Shown piece after piece: positions 1 through 9,969 of a stretch of 64,000 nucleotides of DNA. The stretch spans positions 1,792,001-1,856,000 of the forward strand of contig OZ219753.1 in the NCBI GenBank assembly GCA_964291315.2. The letters are read 5' to 3'. Position 1 is the first letter of the stretch; each line of letters begins with the position of its first letter. The DNA comes from Candidatus Poribacteria bacterium. GTDB taxonomy: Bacteria; Poribacteria; WGA-4E; WGA-3G. Made by a program: the position numbers and the translations under genes. The notes below the pieces were generated by a model. That model saw only the letters and a list, made by a program, of their open reading frames with translations, had not been told where the DNA came from and searched no databases.

Positions 1-1254
1 AACATCTTGGATTTGACGCTCGTCGCCTCACATTTCGGCAAAGCTATTGACGCAGAGCAGATACCCAATCCAGATGTGAACGCCGACGGAATCGTCTCTA
101 TCCTCGACTTGGTCATCGTTGCAGAACATACCGGTAAAACCGTTCGCATGCCCGCGACGTTTGTTAGCGCAGTACCAGCAGCCGAGTCTCAACTTGAGGT
201 CAACGACACCCTTACACTTACCTTCGATAACACACCAGAGGCGGTTACTGTCAGCGCAGGCAACGCTACAATTACTGATAATACAGTAACAATCACAGGA
301 CCCTTCGATACAGGAAACCTCACTTTAACAATCACTTGGACAGACGGAACCCAAACGCTTGATTACAACGTCCGTGCGCCAGCGACGTTCATTAAGGCAG
401 ACCCAATCAGTGGTGCAACGGTTGAGGTCAACGACACCCTTACATTTACCTTCGATAACACACCAGAGGCGGTTACTGTCAACGTAGGAACCGCTACAAT
501 TACTGATAATACAGTAACAATCACAGGACCCTTCGATACAGGAAACCTCAACTTGACGGTCAATTGGTCAGATGGCTCCCAAACACTTACTTATCTTATC
601 CGGACACCAGATACGGAAGCGCCCACTATCACCGTTGGTACCGTCACGGACGGAGACCAAGATGTTGATCCCAAAACAATTAACGGCACCGGGCAGATCG
701 AAGTTATATTCAGCGAAGCAGTAACCGGCAATATCACACTACAAACCGCAGCAGGCAACGATGTCGGTTGGACAGGCACCGTCCAAGACAAAAAAGGCAC
801 GCTTGAACGCGCCAAAGGCGAAGCACTTGATAACGAAACTACCTACGTTATCACCGGGACAATAAGCGACGCTGCAGGCAACAAAACCGACTTCAATATT
901 ACCTTTGAAACTGCCAGCAAAACATCCGGAATCCCTTTTGATGTTAACGATGTAAACTTCGATACACTCGTGCTCGGCTCAGATATACCCACCGTGGTCG
1001 AGTTTTACACGGACTGGTGACCGGCTTGTAAGCAGATGGCGCCAGTTGTCGCCAAAGTTGCCATGGAAAACCGGAATACATTTGCTGTCGCGAAACTTAA
1101 CATGGATGTGAGTAGGAAAACGGTCGGAAAATATAACGTTAGGAACCGGCCTACGTATATCGTGTTTCAGAATGGAAAGGCTGTTAAAAGTTTTTCAGGT
1201 GTGATGCAGAAAGCTACGCTAGTTAAAAATATTCTCGACGCGATAAACAATTGA
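1..1254 (+). CDS. Dockerin + Ig-like repeats + C-terminal thioredoxin; probable selenoprotein (UGA at 1018-1020 read as Sec); 5'-partial
   Basis: Frame is open from base 1 (NILDLTLVASHFG...DVNADGIVSILDLVIVA, dockerin-like). ORF 7-1020 ends VVEFYTDW-TGA and continues in frame CCG GCT TGT AAG CAG ATG (PACKQM) into ORF 1036-1254, which has a thioredoxin tail (YNVRNRPTYIVFQNGK). The result is W-U-P-A-C at the WCxxC site. Confidence 0.8.
194..550 (+). repeat. Intragenic tandem duplication (228-bp period) of an Ig-like domain
   Basis: 194-322 and 422-550 are near-identical (ttgaggtcaacgacaccctt...ggaaacctca), encoding EVNDTLT.TFDNTPEAVTV..G.ATITDNTVTITGPFDTGNL twice. Confidence 0.9.
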
Positions 1255-1265
1255 TGTCCCGCTTT

Positions 1266-1291
1266 TAGGTGCGGTTTCCCAACCGCACCTA
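1266..1291. terminator. Perfect 11-bp hairpin between convergent genes (bidirectional terminator or REP)
   Basis: TAGGTGCGGTT-tccc-AACCGCACCTA followed by T-rich sequence. Confidence 0.65.
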
Positions 1292-1306
1292 TCAATTTCT
1301 TTTCCC

Positions 1307-3202
1307 CTACAACCGCTCCCGGTGATAGAACCACCACTCCACAAACAAAACAACCAAAGCGAGTAGCACCGGTAGCCGCCACACCTCTTGTGCCACCGGT
1401 TGCAAATCGGTGGCAAATGCCCTCAAGGCATCTTCCTGATCTGTGAGCACAGAATGTGTAAGCGCCGATTCCGCAGCATCAAGTAGATTCACCGTAAACC
1501 GATCCAACTGTCTACCATCAACCGCAAAAAACGTGTAGACACCTACCTGATCCGTCTCGCTAAATAGAGAAGTGTTCAACGGAACCCTCGTCCCATCCGG
1601 CTTTTGTACATAAACGCGAGTCCCTTCACTTTTGAACGCAACGTTCACCTGCTCTCCCGTTCGAAACGCGTGTCGAGTCTGACCCTCTTGAAACGTGAGC
1701 GGTTGCAACCTCGCAGTCCCTGATTCAAGCCACGCCAAGCACCGATAGACAAACAGAGGCCCTGCCGGTATGGAAACCGCGAAAGCAGAGATTTCTGGAT
1801 TGAAAGCGTCAAACTCGAAAACAAGGAATAGCGTACCCGCTTCTTCGCCAAGCCAGATTAACGCACCCCGCTCCGTTTCAACGACGGAATGCCCCCACAA
1901 CGGCAGGTCCCGGTACGTAGATTCACGCACATGTAAACCTTGTAGAGAAACATCTGCCATCAGCGGATGCGCAGCATCTGTTTTGATAACACGAGCAGGG
2001 CCACTCGCGGCAGCCGCACCAGCCACAAAGGGCAGAACGCCGCCGGGATTGATAAAAACCAAACACGTCCGAGGAGCAATCTCAAAAGCACCCCCAAACG
2101 CCTCACGACCCGCAAGCGTGCTACCGTCAAAAATCGCTATATCCGCATCGCCCGTTCCGTGATAGTCCACCGGCGCAACTATACTTAAATCAACATGGTG
2201 CCCATAACTACTCAGAAGAGCAGGAAGTAAAGACCTCTGATTCTCACTGACGAGTAAGATGTTCAGAGCAGATACATCCGATAAGATCACCGAAGCTGTG
2301 TTATCAAGCCAAAAATCATCTTCTATCCCAAGATGGACGCTCATAACTTTCCCCGCTAAACCGCTCGAATCGCCTGAAAACAGCACCGATGTGGTACCTT
2401 CGGACGGAATAGTGACCGGCCTATCGTCGAGAGGTGAATTCTCTACTGCCAACTGAACGTTGAATTCTCTAGCTGTGTCCGTGAAATTTTGGACACCTAC
2501 CAACACTTCGTACCGACCTTGGACAACGTCAAGACTGAGATGAACAATACCTACGTTCTCCGCATCCGAGCCCACGGCAATTTTATGGAGCGAAATCGGA
2601 ATATCCGGCACGTTTTCAACACTATCACTAATAAAGAAGACTTTGTCTTGCGGTGAATCAGAATAACGTCTGACAACATCAAAAACAGGGGCGAGATTGC
2701 GGGGGGCATGCGTCGGCATGATATTCGCTATGGCATCACGGAGTCTTGCGGCATCAGTTGTGAAAGCCTGCTGGATATAAGTGTCAGCACCTTGTGTTAC
2801 CAGGACCATAATCCCACCGCTCGCCGTAATTCGCTCAATCTGATCAAGCGCTGCCGCCTTTGCAAGTGAAAGCCGAGTCCCTCTGTTCTCTTCTGACAAC
2901 ATGCTCGCAGAGTTATCCACGATAAGAATCGCCCTCCCGGGCATGAAGCCAGGCCTACGCAGCGCAGGGCGCGCCACACCGCAAATCAGAAGTATCAAAA
3001 AAAGCACTTGGAGAAGCGGAAGGAGTAGATTCCGAATACGCTGGAACGGGACATTGGCGCTCCGATCCTCATCAACGGATAGCCAATGTCTGATGCTCGG
3101 AACAAGGTAGGTATAGCGACGTAACTTCAGAAAGTGCAATAGCACTACGATCGGAATTACGCCCAACAGATAGAACGCAGCAGGGGCCAGAAATTGCATC
3201 AC
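1307..3202 (-). CDS. BatA-domain / VWA-domain membrane protein
   Basis: N-terminal BatA-like segment (FLAPAAFYLLGVIPIVVLLHFLK...LLQVLFLILLICGVARP), MIDAS-like DNSASM, C-terminal TM segment ending EWWFYHR. Confidence 0.85.
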   Translation of the reverse strand: MMQFLAPAAFYLLGVIPIVVLLHFLKLRRYTYLVPSIRHWLSVDEDRSANVPFQRIRNLLLPLLQVLFLILLICGVARPALRRPGFMPGRAILIVDNSASMLSEENRGTRLSLAKAAALDQIERITASGGIMVLVTQGADTYIQQAFTTDAARLRDAIANIMPTHAPRNLAPVFDVVRRYSDSPQDKVFFISDSVENVPDIPISLHKIAVGSDAENVGIVHLSLDVVQGRYEVLVGVQNFTDTAREFNVQLAVENSPLDDRPVTIPSEGTTSVLFSGDSSGLAGKVMSVHLGIEDDFWLDNTASVILSDVSALNILLVSENQRSLLPALLSSYGHHVDLSIVAPVDYHGTGDADIAIFDGSTLAGREAFGGAFEIAPRTCLVFINPGGVLPFVAGAAAASGPARVIKTDAAHPLMADVSLQGLHVRESTYRDLPLWGHSVVETERGALIWLGEEAGTLFLVFEFDAFNPEISAFAVSIPAGPLFVYRCLAWLESGTARLQPLTFQEGQTRHAFRTGEQVNVAFKSEGTRVYVQKPDGTRVPLNTSLFSETDQVGVYTFFAVDGRQLDRFTVNLLDAAESALTHSVLTDQEDALRAFATDLQPVAQEVWRLPVLLALVVLFVEWWFYHRERL

Positions 3203-3275
3203 AGCTGTCGGTTATCAGTTTACTGTCAACAATTCCCATGATACGCAACCACCAGAAACCGACAACTGATAACCA

Positions 3276-3680
3276 CTACTCCTCTTTCTCTTTCAGGCAT
3301 TCAAGCATCTCATCGGCATCCTGCCTACCGACTTCGCCGTAATCTTGCAAACGTTCACATGCCGCTCGCACCTTCTCGGGTTCATCGAGTTCTAAGTAGA
3401 GACTTGCTAAATTCTTGTGCATCTCCCGAAACAAGCCGGGCCAATTACGCTCACCCTCCTTATCAACGATACGCGTCGCATTTGTAATAGCAGTGTTAAC
3501 GACTTCATCCAAAGCCGCTTTCTCTTTATCCGAAATGCGAAAATCCGGCTGTTGACGTTTCTCATTGTATGCCTTCAGTTGACTAAGGGCCGCATCGCAC
3601 TGGTTATATGTCTTTTCTATGCTTAACGCGCCTTCAAAAATCCTTGATAAAAATCCTAATTTCATAGCGTCTCCGAACAA
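3276..3680 (-). CDS. Hypothetical helical (TPR-like) protein
   Basis: 134-aa ORF in operon orientation; likely start MKLGFL (3665); helical composition. Confidence 0.6.
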   Translation of the reverse strand: MFGDAMKLGFLSRIFEGALSIEKTYNQCDAALSQLKAYNEKRQQPDFRISDKEKAALDEVVNTAITNATRIVDKEGERNWPGLFREMHKNLASLYLELDEPEKVRAACERLQDYGEVGRQDADEMLECLKEKEE

Positions 3681-3681
3681 A

Positions 3682-3709
3682 GTAGGGGCGATGAAGAGGG
3701 AACCCCTAC
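3682..3709. repeat. REP-like inverted repeat
   Basis: GTAGGGG...CCCCTAC intergenic stem. Confidence 0.45.
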
Positions 3710-3716
3710 CATCGTT

Positions 3717-4493
3717 TTAGAAATCTGCTTTCAGAGCACCCCATGTCACCGCCAATTTCTCCGCAGCTGCAACAGCCAGCACGCCCGGAACGCTCAATTC
3801 CATTGACGCTTTTATCTCAGCCTCAGTCAATGCCCTGGCGTATATGACGACTTCATCAATAATAGCGTCTTCTACTTTGTGGACATTCGGGTTTTCACCC
3901 GCACCAATGTAGATAGCCGCCTCTTTGAACTCGGGCCACTCAAAATTTTCTTTCTGTTCACCGATAAACTCACCGTTGACATAGATCTTGCCATCCACGC
4001 CATCAGCAACCAAAACGTAGTGATACCACTCGTCCAATTCAAACGTATAATTCGCAAGGCTCTTGTCAGCGTGATGTCCAGCATCCCAAAACGGGTTAAA
4101 ATTGGGGTTAACCATCGTCCGGAACTCACAACAACCCGCAGCAGCCGCTTCTATCGAGATAATCCCATCATAGGCAGCGTGCTCGTTCAGGAAAAACCAC
4201 GCTTCCATTGTAACCTCCGTTTTCTCACCAATCGGAACAATAAAGTCGTTCTGCTCCATTTGTACGATACCACCGTTCAAACGGATCCCGCTCTTAAAGG
4301 CCCCATCAACAAGAGAACCCTTTCCAACCAATTCAGCGTCGTTACCGTTCCCGGAATCATCAGGGACTTTATTGCCGTTCAGCTTATCAAAAGAGTAATA
4401 GACGAGGATGTCCTCTTCCTCAACAGCGTCAGAAAGACTTACACTAAACATGAAGAGGACTGAAAGCCCAATAAAGATTAAATATCGACCCAT
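3717..4493 (-). CDS. Secreted LamG/concanavalin-like domain protein with C-terminal KL..TW..LK motif
   Basis: Signal peptide, YYSFD...DDSGNGND, WYHYVLV, IYVNG, IIDEVVIYARALT; ends AVAAAEKLAVTWGALKADF; AGGAGG RBS. Confidence 0.85.
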   Translation of the reverse strand: MGRYLIFIGLSVLFMFSVSLSDAVEEEDILVYYSFDKLNGNKVPDDSGNGNDAELVGKGSLVDGAFKSGIRLNGGIVQMEQNDFIVPIGEKTEVTMEAWFFLNEHAAYDGIISIEAAAAGCCEFRTMVNPNFNPFWDAGHHADKSLANYTFELDEWYHYVLVADGVDGKIYVNGEFIGEQKENFEWPEFKEAAIYIGAGENPNVHKVEDAIIDEVVIYARALTEAEIKASMELSVPGVLAVAAAEKLAVTWGALKADF

Positions 4494-4559
4494 TTTCGTT
4501 CCTCCTAAAATGTTTTATCAGAAATGTTAACACAAATACGAAACAAGATTAACGTTTTT

Positions 4560-4582
4560 GTAGCATAGACCGGGAGTCTGTG
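4560..4582. repeat. GTAG-type REP copy
   Basis: GTAGCATAGACCGGGAGTCTGTG, same family as the copies at 12411-12468 and 19305-19404. Confidence 0.6.
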
Positions 4583-4742
4583 CCTGAATAGCGAGCCCCT
4601 CTCTATGCCTAAAACTCTATAAGTCCTACGTATTAGTATACAACAGTCGGAAAATTATAGCAATGAGAAACACCGATGGACAATTAACGGCATAGCACCC
4701 GAACGCATAATCACAAATATTTACACACCCGCTAAATTGCGT

Positions 4743-4771
4743 TTGCGAATTAGCAGGTTAAATGCTACAAT
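4743..4771 (+). promoter_or_regulatory. Sigma70-type promoter of uppP (likely leaderless transcript)
   Basis: TTGCGA-17 nt-TACAAT with extended TG; ATG is 6 nt after the -10 and there is no SD. Confidence 0.6.
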
Positions 4772-4777
4772 AATATT

Positions 4778-5623
4778 ATGAGTTTTCTCGAAGCAATCCT
4801 GCTCGGTATTCTGCAGGGCTTAACCGAATTCCTACCTGTTAGCAGCTCCGGACATCTCGTCCTAGCCCAGCACTTCCTCGGACAGAAGGAACCGCTCGTT
4901 TTTTTTGATGTCATGCTTCATGTAGGCACATTGGCCGCTGTGCTCGTCGCCTATCGCGATGCAATCAGGCATTTGGCCGTCAGCGGAATCTCGAAGCTAG
5001 CAGATCCACAATTGTGGCAGCACCCAAGCACAACACTGAACACCACCCCCGAACTGAAATTTATCTGGCTAATACTGATCGGCTCCATTCCGACTGGTAT
5101 TATCGCAGTGGTATTGAAGACGCAACTAGAATCCTTTTTCGAGAAAACCAGTCTTGTTAGCATCATGCTAATCCTCACCGGCGCCATCCTTCAACTCCCC
5201 CGGCTCCGCAGAAAGAACGCAGACCGTCCCGATAATTCTGTCGAACAATTGAAATTGAAAACGTGGCACGCCCCACTCATTGGAATCGCACAAGGCTGCG
5301 CAATTACCCCCGGTATTTCTCGCTCAGGAACAACGATCTCGTTAGCGTTGTTCTTAGGAATCCCAGCAAAAACCGCAGCAGAATACTCCTTCCTCCTCTC
5401 GATCCCCGCCATTCTCGGCGCAGTTGCACTGAAAGTCCAAGATGTGGAAGGCGCAGCAATACCGTTTCATATCGTCGGCGGCGGGATGATCGCCTCATTT
5501 ACCGTCGGTTATATTGCGCTGCGACTTCTATTGGTCACGCTAAACCGAGGTAAATTCTCGCTCTTTTCATACTACTGCATCGCTTTAGGTGTCGGCTCCC
5601 TCTTAATCGCTTTAATCCAATAA
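4778..5623 (+). CDS. uppP: Undecaprenyl-diphosphate phosphatase
   Basis: GILQGLTEFLPVSSSGH and PGISRSGTT signature motifs; multiple TM helices. Confidence 0.97.
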   Translation: MSFLEAILLGILQGLTEFLPVSSSGHLVLAQHFLGQKEPLVFFDVMLHVGTLAAVLVAYRDAIRHLAVSGISKLADPQLWQHPSTTLNTTPELKFIWLILIGSIPTGIIAVVLKTQLESFFEKTSLVSIMLILTGAILQLPRLRRKNADRPDNSVEQLKLKTWHAPLIGIAQGCAITPGISRSGTTISLALFLGIPAKTAAEYSFLLSIPAILGAVALKVQDVEGAAIPFHIVGGGMIASFTVGYIALRLLLVTLNRGKFSLFSYYCIALGVGSLLIALIQ

Positions 5624-6267
5624 GTAGTAACACACCCAAGAACGCTCTTATGATAGCGCTGCACCGAGGGCACTACACCAATACTGTTTAAAATTTTACA
5701 CATCTCCTGATGATTCTGCAACGTGTTCTGTACCCATTTTTTCCCAGTGCATTTATAAATAAGACTCGCCATATACATCTGCAGCGGTTTCAGCCTGAAA
5801 CGTTTGAGATAACGAAGTGGAAACCCGAAACCGTGACCAGAGATAGCCAGGGTACCCCCGGGCTTTAAAACGCGAGCGAGCTCCGTGAGCGCGATCCTGT
5901 CATCAGGCACATGCGGCATCACGAGGAAACACGTCACAACATCAAAGGTTTCATCAGCGAAAGGTAAAACCGGAAGCACCGCGCGCATTAAGGCGGGAAC
6001 TTCAAAAAACGCCTCACTGCGCCCCTCTATTTGAGAACGCCCAAACGTCAAAAAAGTCATGTCCGCATCAACACCGATAAGGAGCTCCGGAGCATCCGAG
6101 GCAAGCGCAACAAGCAGATTCCCCGAGCCGCAGCCGACATCCAACACCCGCTTGCACGCAGCGTTAATCCCCAACGCCTCAAGCTGCCGGCGCGTCACAC
6201 CACGTTCTAACTCACGATACGCGTTCCGAATGTAAGCAACATGCCATTTTGTCAATCCGTTTTTCAT
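5572..6267 (-). CDS. Class I SAM-dependent methyltransferase
   Basis: VLDVGCGSG, LPFADETFDVV, RVLKPGG. Confidence 0.9.
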   Translation of the reverse strand: MKNGLTKWHVAYIRNAYRELERGVTRRQLEALGINAACKRVLDVGCGSGNLLVALASDAPELLIGVDADMTFLTFGRSQIEGRSEAFFEVPALMRAVLPVLPFADETFDVVTCFLVMPHVPDDRIALTELARVLKPGGTLAISGHGFGFPLRYLKRFRLKPLQMYMASLIYKCTGKKWVQNTLQNHQEMCKILNSIGVVPSVQRYHKSVLGCVTTYWIKAIKREPTPKAMQ

Positions 6268-7151
6268 CTAAGCCACAATAGTGAGGAAACCCAGCTCCCA
6301 AGCCGCTGCGGTATCGTCGTAAGTTCCGATTGGAAAACCGACAACCCAGCATCATCGCTAATCGGTATACACTTGAGTTCATACAGCGGGGTGTCTAACG
6401 TGTTCCACCCTATCTCGGTTGTCCGGGCAGAACGGAATCCGCCCGCCTTTACAATCTCAATCTCCCGCGCAGTATAGTCACCGTTCGGATAACTAAAATG
6501 TGAACACTCGCGCCCCAAAAACCGTTCCAAATCGGATTTGCTCTCAAGAATCTCACGCTTACACACATTTTCCGTGCAACGCGGCAGAATAGAATGGAAT
6601 TGAGTATGCGGTTGAAAGTCAACCTGTGACACCATTTCTCTGATCTCTGCCATATTCAGCGCTTGTCGCTCGCGATATACCTTCTCAGGCTCAAAGCCAA
6701 CAGTGCTTTTGAGACATGCTAAACGTTCCCCGTCCGACAACCGTTTTAACCGCTCTTTCTCCACCTTGGACTCGACATGTCCTTTAAACCAGAAGTGCCG
6801 ATGTGTACCGATAATCTGTGTACACACATAGAACGTCGGACGCACCTGGTACTCCTTGAAAAGCCCCAAAAGTTCAAAATTGCTGCTGTGCCCATCATCA
6901 AACGTAATTACAACACTTTTCGGGGGAAGCTCTGAAAAATCATTCCGACGGATAGCCGAAACAAGCACCTCTAACGGAATAACCGTGTAGTGACGCGAGA
7001 GGTAGGCAACGTGCCTCGCGAAAACAGCACGCCTCGGGGCGTGATATAGAAGAATGCCCACCCGGTCCCGACACATCCACTCGCGAATCAGAAACGGCAA
7101 GCCCGACAAGCATACACACGCAGCTACCATCTTCTTAAGAAAACGACGCAT
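6264..7151 (-). CDS. Polysaccharide deacetylase (CE4)
   Basis: ILLYH, VITFDDG, HTQFH, FSYPNG motifs. Confidence 0.9.
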   Translation of the reverse strand: MRRFLKKMVAACVCLSGLPFLIREWMCRDRVGILLYHAPRRAVFARHVAYLSRHYTVIPLEVLVSAIRRNDFSELPPKSVVITFDDGHSSNFELLGLFKEYQVRPTFYVCTQIIGTHRHFWFKGHVESKVEKERLKRLSDGERLACLKSTVGFEPEKVYRERQALNMAEIREMVSQVDFQPHTQFHSILPRCTENVCKREILESKSDLERFLGRECSHFSYPNGDYTAREIEIVKAGGFRSARTTEIGWNTLDTPLYELKCIPISDDAGLSVFQSELTTIPQRLGSWVSSLLWLR

Positions 7152-7244
7152 GGATTATAATATCTCACAAAAACAGCGAAACGCATTTTATCGCGGAACC
7201 TTATCAGTCGGCTTCTTAACACACATCTAGCTGATAAAGACGCT

Positions 7245-8363
7245 TCAATCCAGCACACACAATCGCCGATACATACTTTCCAATGTCCGCATAGATGCCG
7301 CACTGTCAAACTCCCGCTGAACGGTTGCGCGAGCGTTCCTACCCAACGAAACCGAGAGATCACGGGCACTCAACACACGATGCAACGCTGTCGCTAATGC
7401 CGCTGGATCCGCTGGCGGGACCAGAATGCCGTTTTCCCCATCTTCAATAAGATCTACAACGCCACCAACAGCCGACGCTATACACGGCATACCGAGCCCC
7501 ATCGCTTCGATTAAGGCGTTCGGAGAACCTTCATGTAACGACGGCAGCACAAATACGTCCGCTGTCAAAAGTACAGCGAACACATCTTCACGGAAACCGG
7601 GAAAATCCACCCACTCCGAGATTTCACGTTGCACTGCAAGCGCACGAAGTTCTGCCTCTAATGATCCATCCCCGAGAAACACACACCGCCACGCAATCTC
7701 CTGACGCTCCAACAGACACAACGCCTCAAGCAGATACCGATGCCCTTTCTCCGAGGCAAAACGTCCAACACTTACAATTAACCTGTCACTGCTATCCCCT
7801 CGGCACCGATCTTGCCACGCTTCAACGGGGAATTCCAATAGATTCGGGATGCTAAAAATCTGTTTGCCCGGATACCGCTCACAGAGGCGACGCTGAATCC
7901 GTGTTGAATTTGTTAGGAGAATATCTGCCGTATGGTAGATAAACTTTTCTGTGAACCAGAGCCGAAACCTGCCATACCGAGCCTGGTAATCGCCGCGTTG
8001 GGAGGCGACGAACGGCACTGCCCGCCAGAAACCGAATCTGCGGGACAGACCACAGACGAAATTGGAATACCATAACCAACTATGCACAATGTCCGGTTTT
8101 ATTGACCTAACAATACCGCCCAGCGCAAACGCTTTCTCTAACAAGCGCACCCGCCTGCTCGCACCCGCCAGCGTAGATACCTCTTTGACACACGGCAGGT
8201 TAACAAGATCGGAAATACGCTCGCCCTCAGCACGACTGAGCACCACAAACACCTCATATTCCGAAGCTGATAAACCCTCCAAGGTCCTAAGGAATTGAGA
8301 CTCTGCACCATCTTTTGTCATAGAGTCGATGACATAAAGTACCCGCATAATGACTACCGGCAT
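7245..8363 (-). CDS. Glycosyltransferase family 4
   Basis: VGRFASEKGH, FVLPSLHEGSPNALIEAM (ExxxxxxxE); probable start MRVLYVID. Confidence 0.92.
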   Translation of the reverse strand: MPVVIMRVLYVIDSMTKDGAESQFLRTLEGLSASEYEVFVVLSRAEGERISDLVNLPCVKEVSTLAGASRRVRLLEKAFALGGIVRSIKPDIVHSWLWYSNFVCGLSRRFGFWRAVPFVASQRGDYQARYGRFRLWFTEKFIYHTADILLTNSTRIQRRLCERYPGKQIFSIPNLLEFPVEAWQDRCRGDSSDRLIVSVGRFASEKGHRYLLEALCLLERQEIAWRCVFLGDGSLEAELRALAVQREISEWVDFPGFREDVFAVLLTADVFVLPSLHEGSPNALIEAMGLGMPCIASAVGGVVDLIEDGENGILVPPADPAALATALHRVLSARDLSVSLGRNARATVQREFDSAASMRTLESMYRRLCVLD

Positions 8364-8461
8364 TCAGCGGAACGGCGGAGCACCCAGCCCCTCTCCATCT
8401 CTATCAACACCTGCAACTCCTACAACGCTTTGAGGCCCACTGATAGCAGAGCCGATGCCGA

Positions 8462-9961
8462 TTACCAATACGTATAGAGACACACTTCCGCAACGATCAT
8501 TTGTACTGTGAGCAGCCCAGCAACCCAATACAGATCAGATATCGGGCGCTCCACGAGATATTTAGCGACCGGAATAACAAGAAACGGGGCCATGAATATC
8601 CAAATGCGCTCAACCTCCATCGTAAATAACGTAGAGGTCGTGAAAAAGAGTAACGTTATGAGGAAACCGATGACAAATACATCTAACTTCTCATGCCAGA
8701 GAATCCAACGGATACCTGTCTCTCCAGATGCAATCGCGGTGCGGCGCCACTCGCCTATTGTCGCTACAACCTGCCGGAGCCAGACAGTCGTTATCGGAAG
8801 CCCCACACCGATGAGAAAAGCGAATAGGTTGGCAACACTCAGATGTAAATACCGTGACACACTTTCGTAGCCCGTGCCCATCCCCATCTCATCTTTTTTG
8901 ATGGCTGCCACAAGCGCTTCAATCGGACGAAATCCGGTCAAGACAAAAAGCAGCACGTAGAAGCCGATGAACCCCGCAGCCGCAAAGAGTAAAACCTTCA
9001 GATACTGTACAAACCGCTTTCGTTCCAACAAGGGAACAATACACAAAAACACGCCGACCACAACCGTTGAGTAGGTCATGAACATACCGAGCGCCAAGGA
9101 AAGTCCCGTACATAGGCTATAGGGACGAAATTCATGCCATGGCTGCTTCGACCAAGTCTCCCGCGCTCGCGACTCATAAAAGAGATAGAGGCTCAGAATG
9201 GGGAAAACGCTGAAGGGACCATCCATCGACGTGCCCGTGAACATCACAAAGTTTGGCGTGATTAAGAACAGCAGCAGGGCATAGCGAGCCGCTTTCTCAC
9301 CGTAGAGCCGTTCACCCAGACGATAGATCGGGATCACCGTCAGCGCCGTGAAGAAGATCGAAATTAAAGAGGCAGATACAAGGTTGTAACCAAGAATCTT
9401 GCTAAAGAACCATAAGAAAATCACGCCCCCCGGCGGATGCGTCCGCGTGTGTAACGAAAGCGTATCGAATAACTCCGGGCTGCTATAATCCCGTAAAAAC
9501 ACACGAATTCCGAGCTCGTCAATCCGCGGCACATCCCCGTAATACTCCAATGATGTCCGCGTATACGGCTCCAAAATTCCTAAGAAGCGGCTTCTACTGC
9601 CAACTTGTTGAATCTCACGGTACCCATCAATCAACGCAACGCTGATATGGATCGTGACAAAACAGACAAGTGCTATCCAGATTAATTGGCGCGCGGACGT
9701 GCCTGAAAGCAGGTACCTGTGGCAGAGATACAAGAAACCACCACACACTAGAAGCGCAGGCACTATCCACAAACTCAAGTTGAAACTCGGCTCAGCATAA
9801 AGCGGCACAACGTGTGTCTGAAATTTGACCGCACCCAAATTGAGTGCCGTCTCACGCATCACATAGATCATGAAGAAGTGGTATACTACAAAAAATAACC
9901 CAACCATTCCAATCTGAACAGGGATTGATCGAATAACCTTTGCACTGTGCTGCTGTTCCAT
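8462..9961 (-). CDS. GT-C (PMT/ArnT-like) polytopic membrane glycosyltransferase
   Basis: ~11 TM segments, THPPGG motif, EVERIW. Confidence 0.7.
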   Translation of the reverse strand: MEQQHSAKVIRSIPVQIGMVGLFFVVYHFFMIYVMRETALNLGAVKFQTHVVPLYAEPSFNLSLWIVPALLVCGGFLYLCHRYLLSGTSARQLIWIALVCFVTIHISVALIDGYREIQQVGSRSRFLGILEPYTRTSLEYYGDVPRIDELGIRVFLRDYSSPELFDTLSLHTRTHPPGGVIFLWFFSKILGYNLVSASLISIFFTALTVIPIYRLGERLYGEKAARYALLLFLITPNFVMFTGTSMDGPFSVFPILSLYLFYESRARETWSKQPWHEFRPYSLCTGLSLALGMFMTYSTVVVGVFLCIVPLLERKRFVQYLKVLLFAAAGFIGFYVLLFVLTGFRPIEALVAAIKKDEMGMGTGYESVSRYLHLSVANLFAFLIGVGLPITTVWLRQVVATIGEWRRTAIASGETGIRWILWHEKLDVFVIGFLITLLFFTTSTLFTMEVERIWIFMAPFLVIPVAKYLVERPISDLYWVAGLLTVQMIVAEVCLYTYW

Positions 9962-9969
9962 TTTTTCCC

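Noticed and set aside
1036-1254. Independent 72-aa thioredoxin gene
   Set aside because: It lacks the active-site motif on its own and has no SD; it is the in-frame continuation past the UGA.
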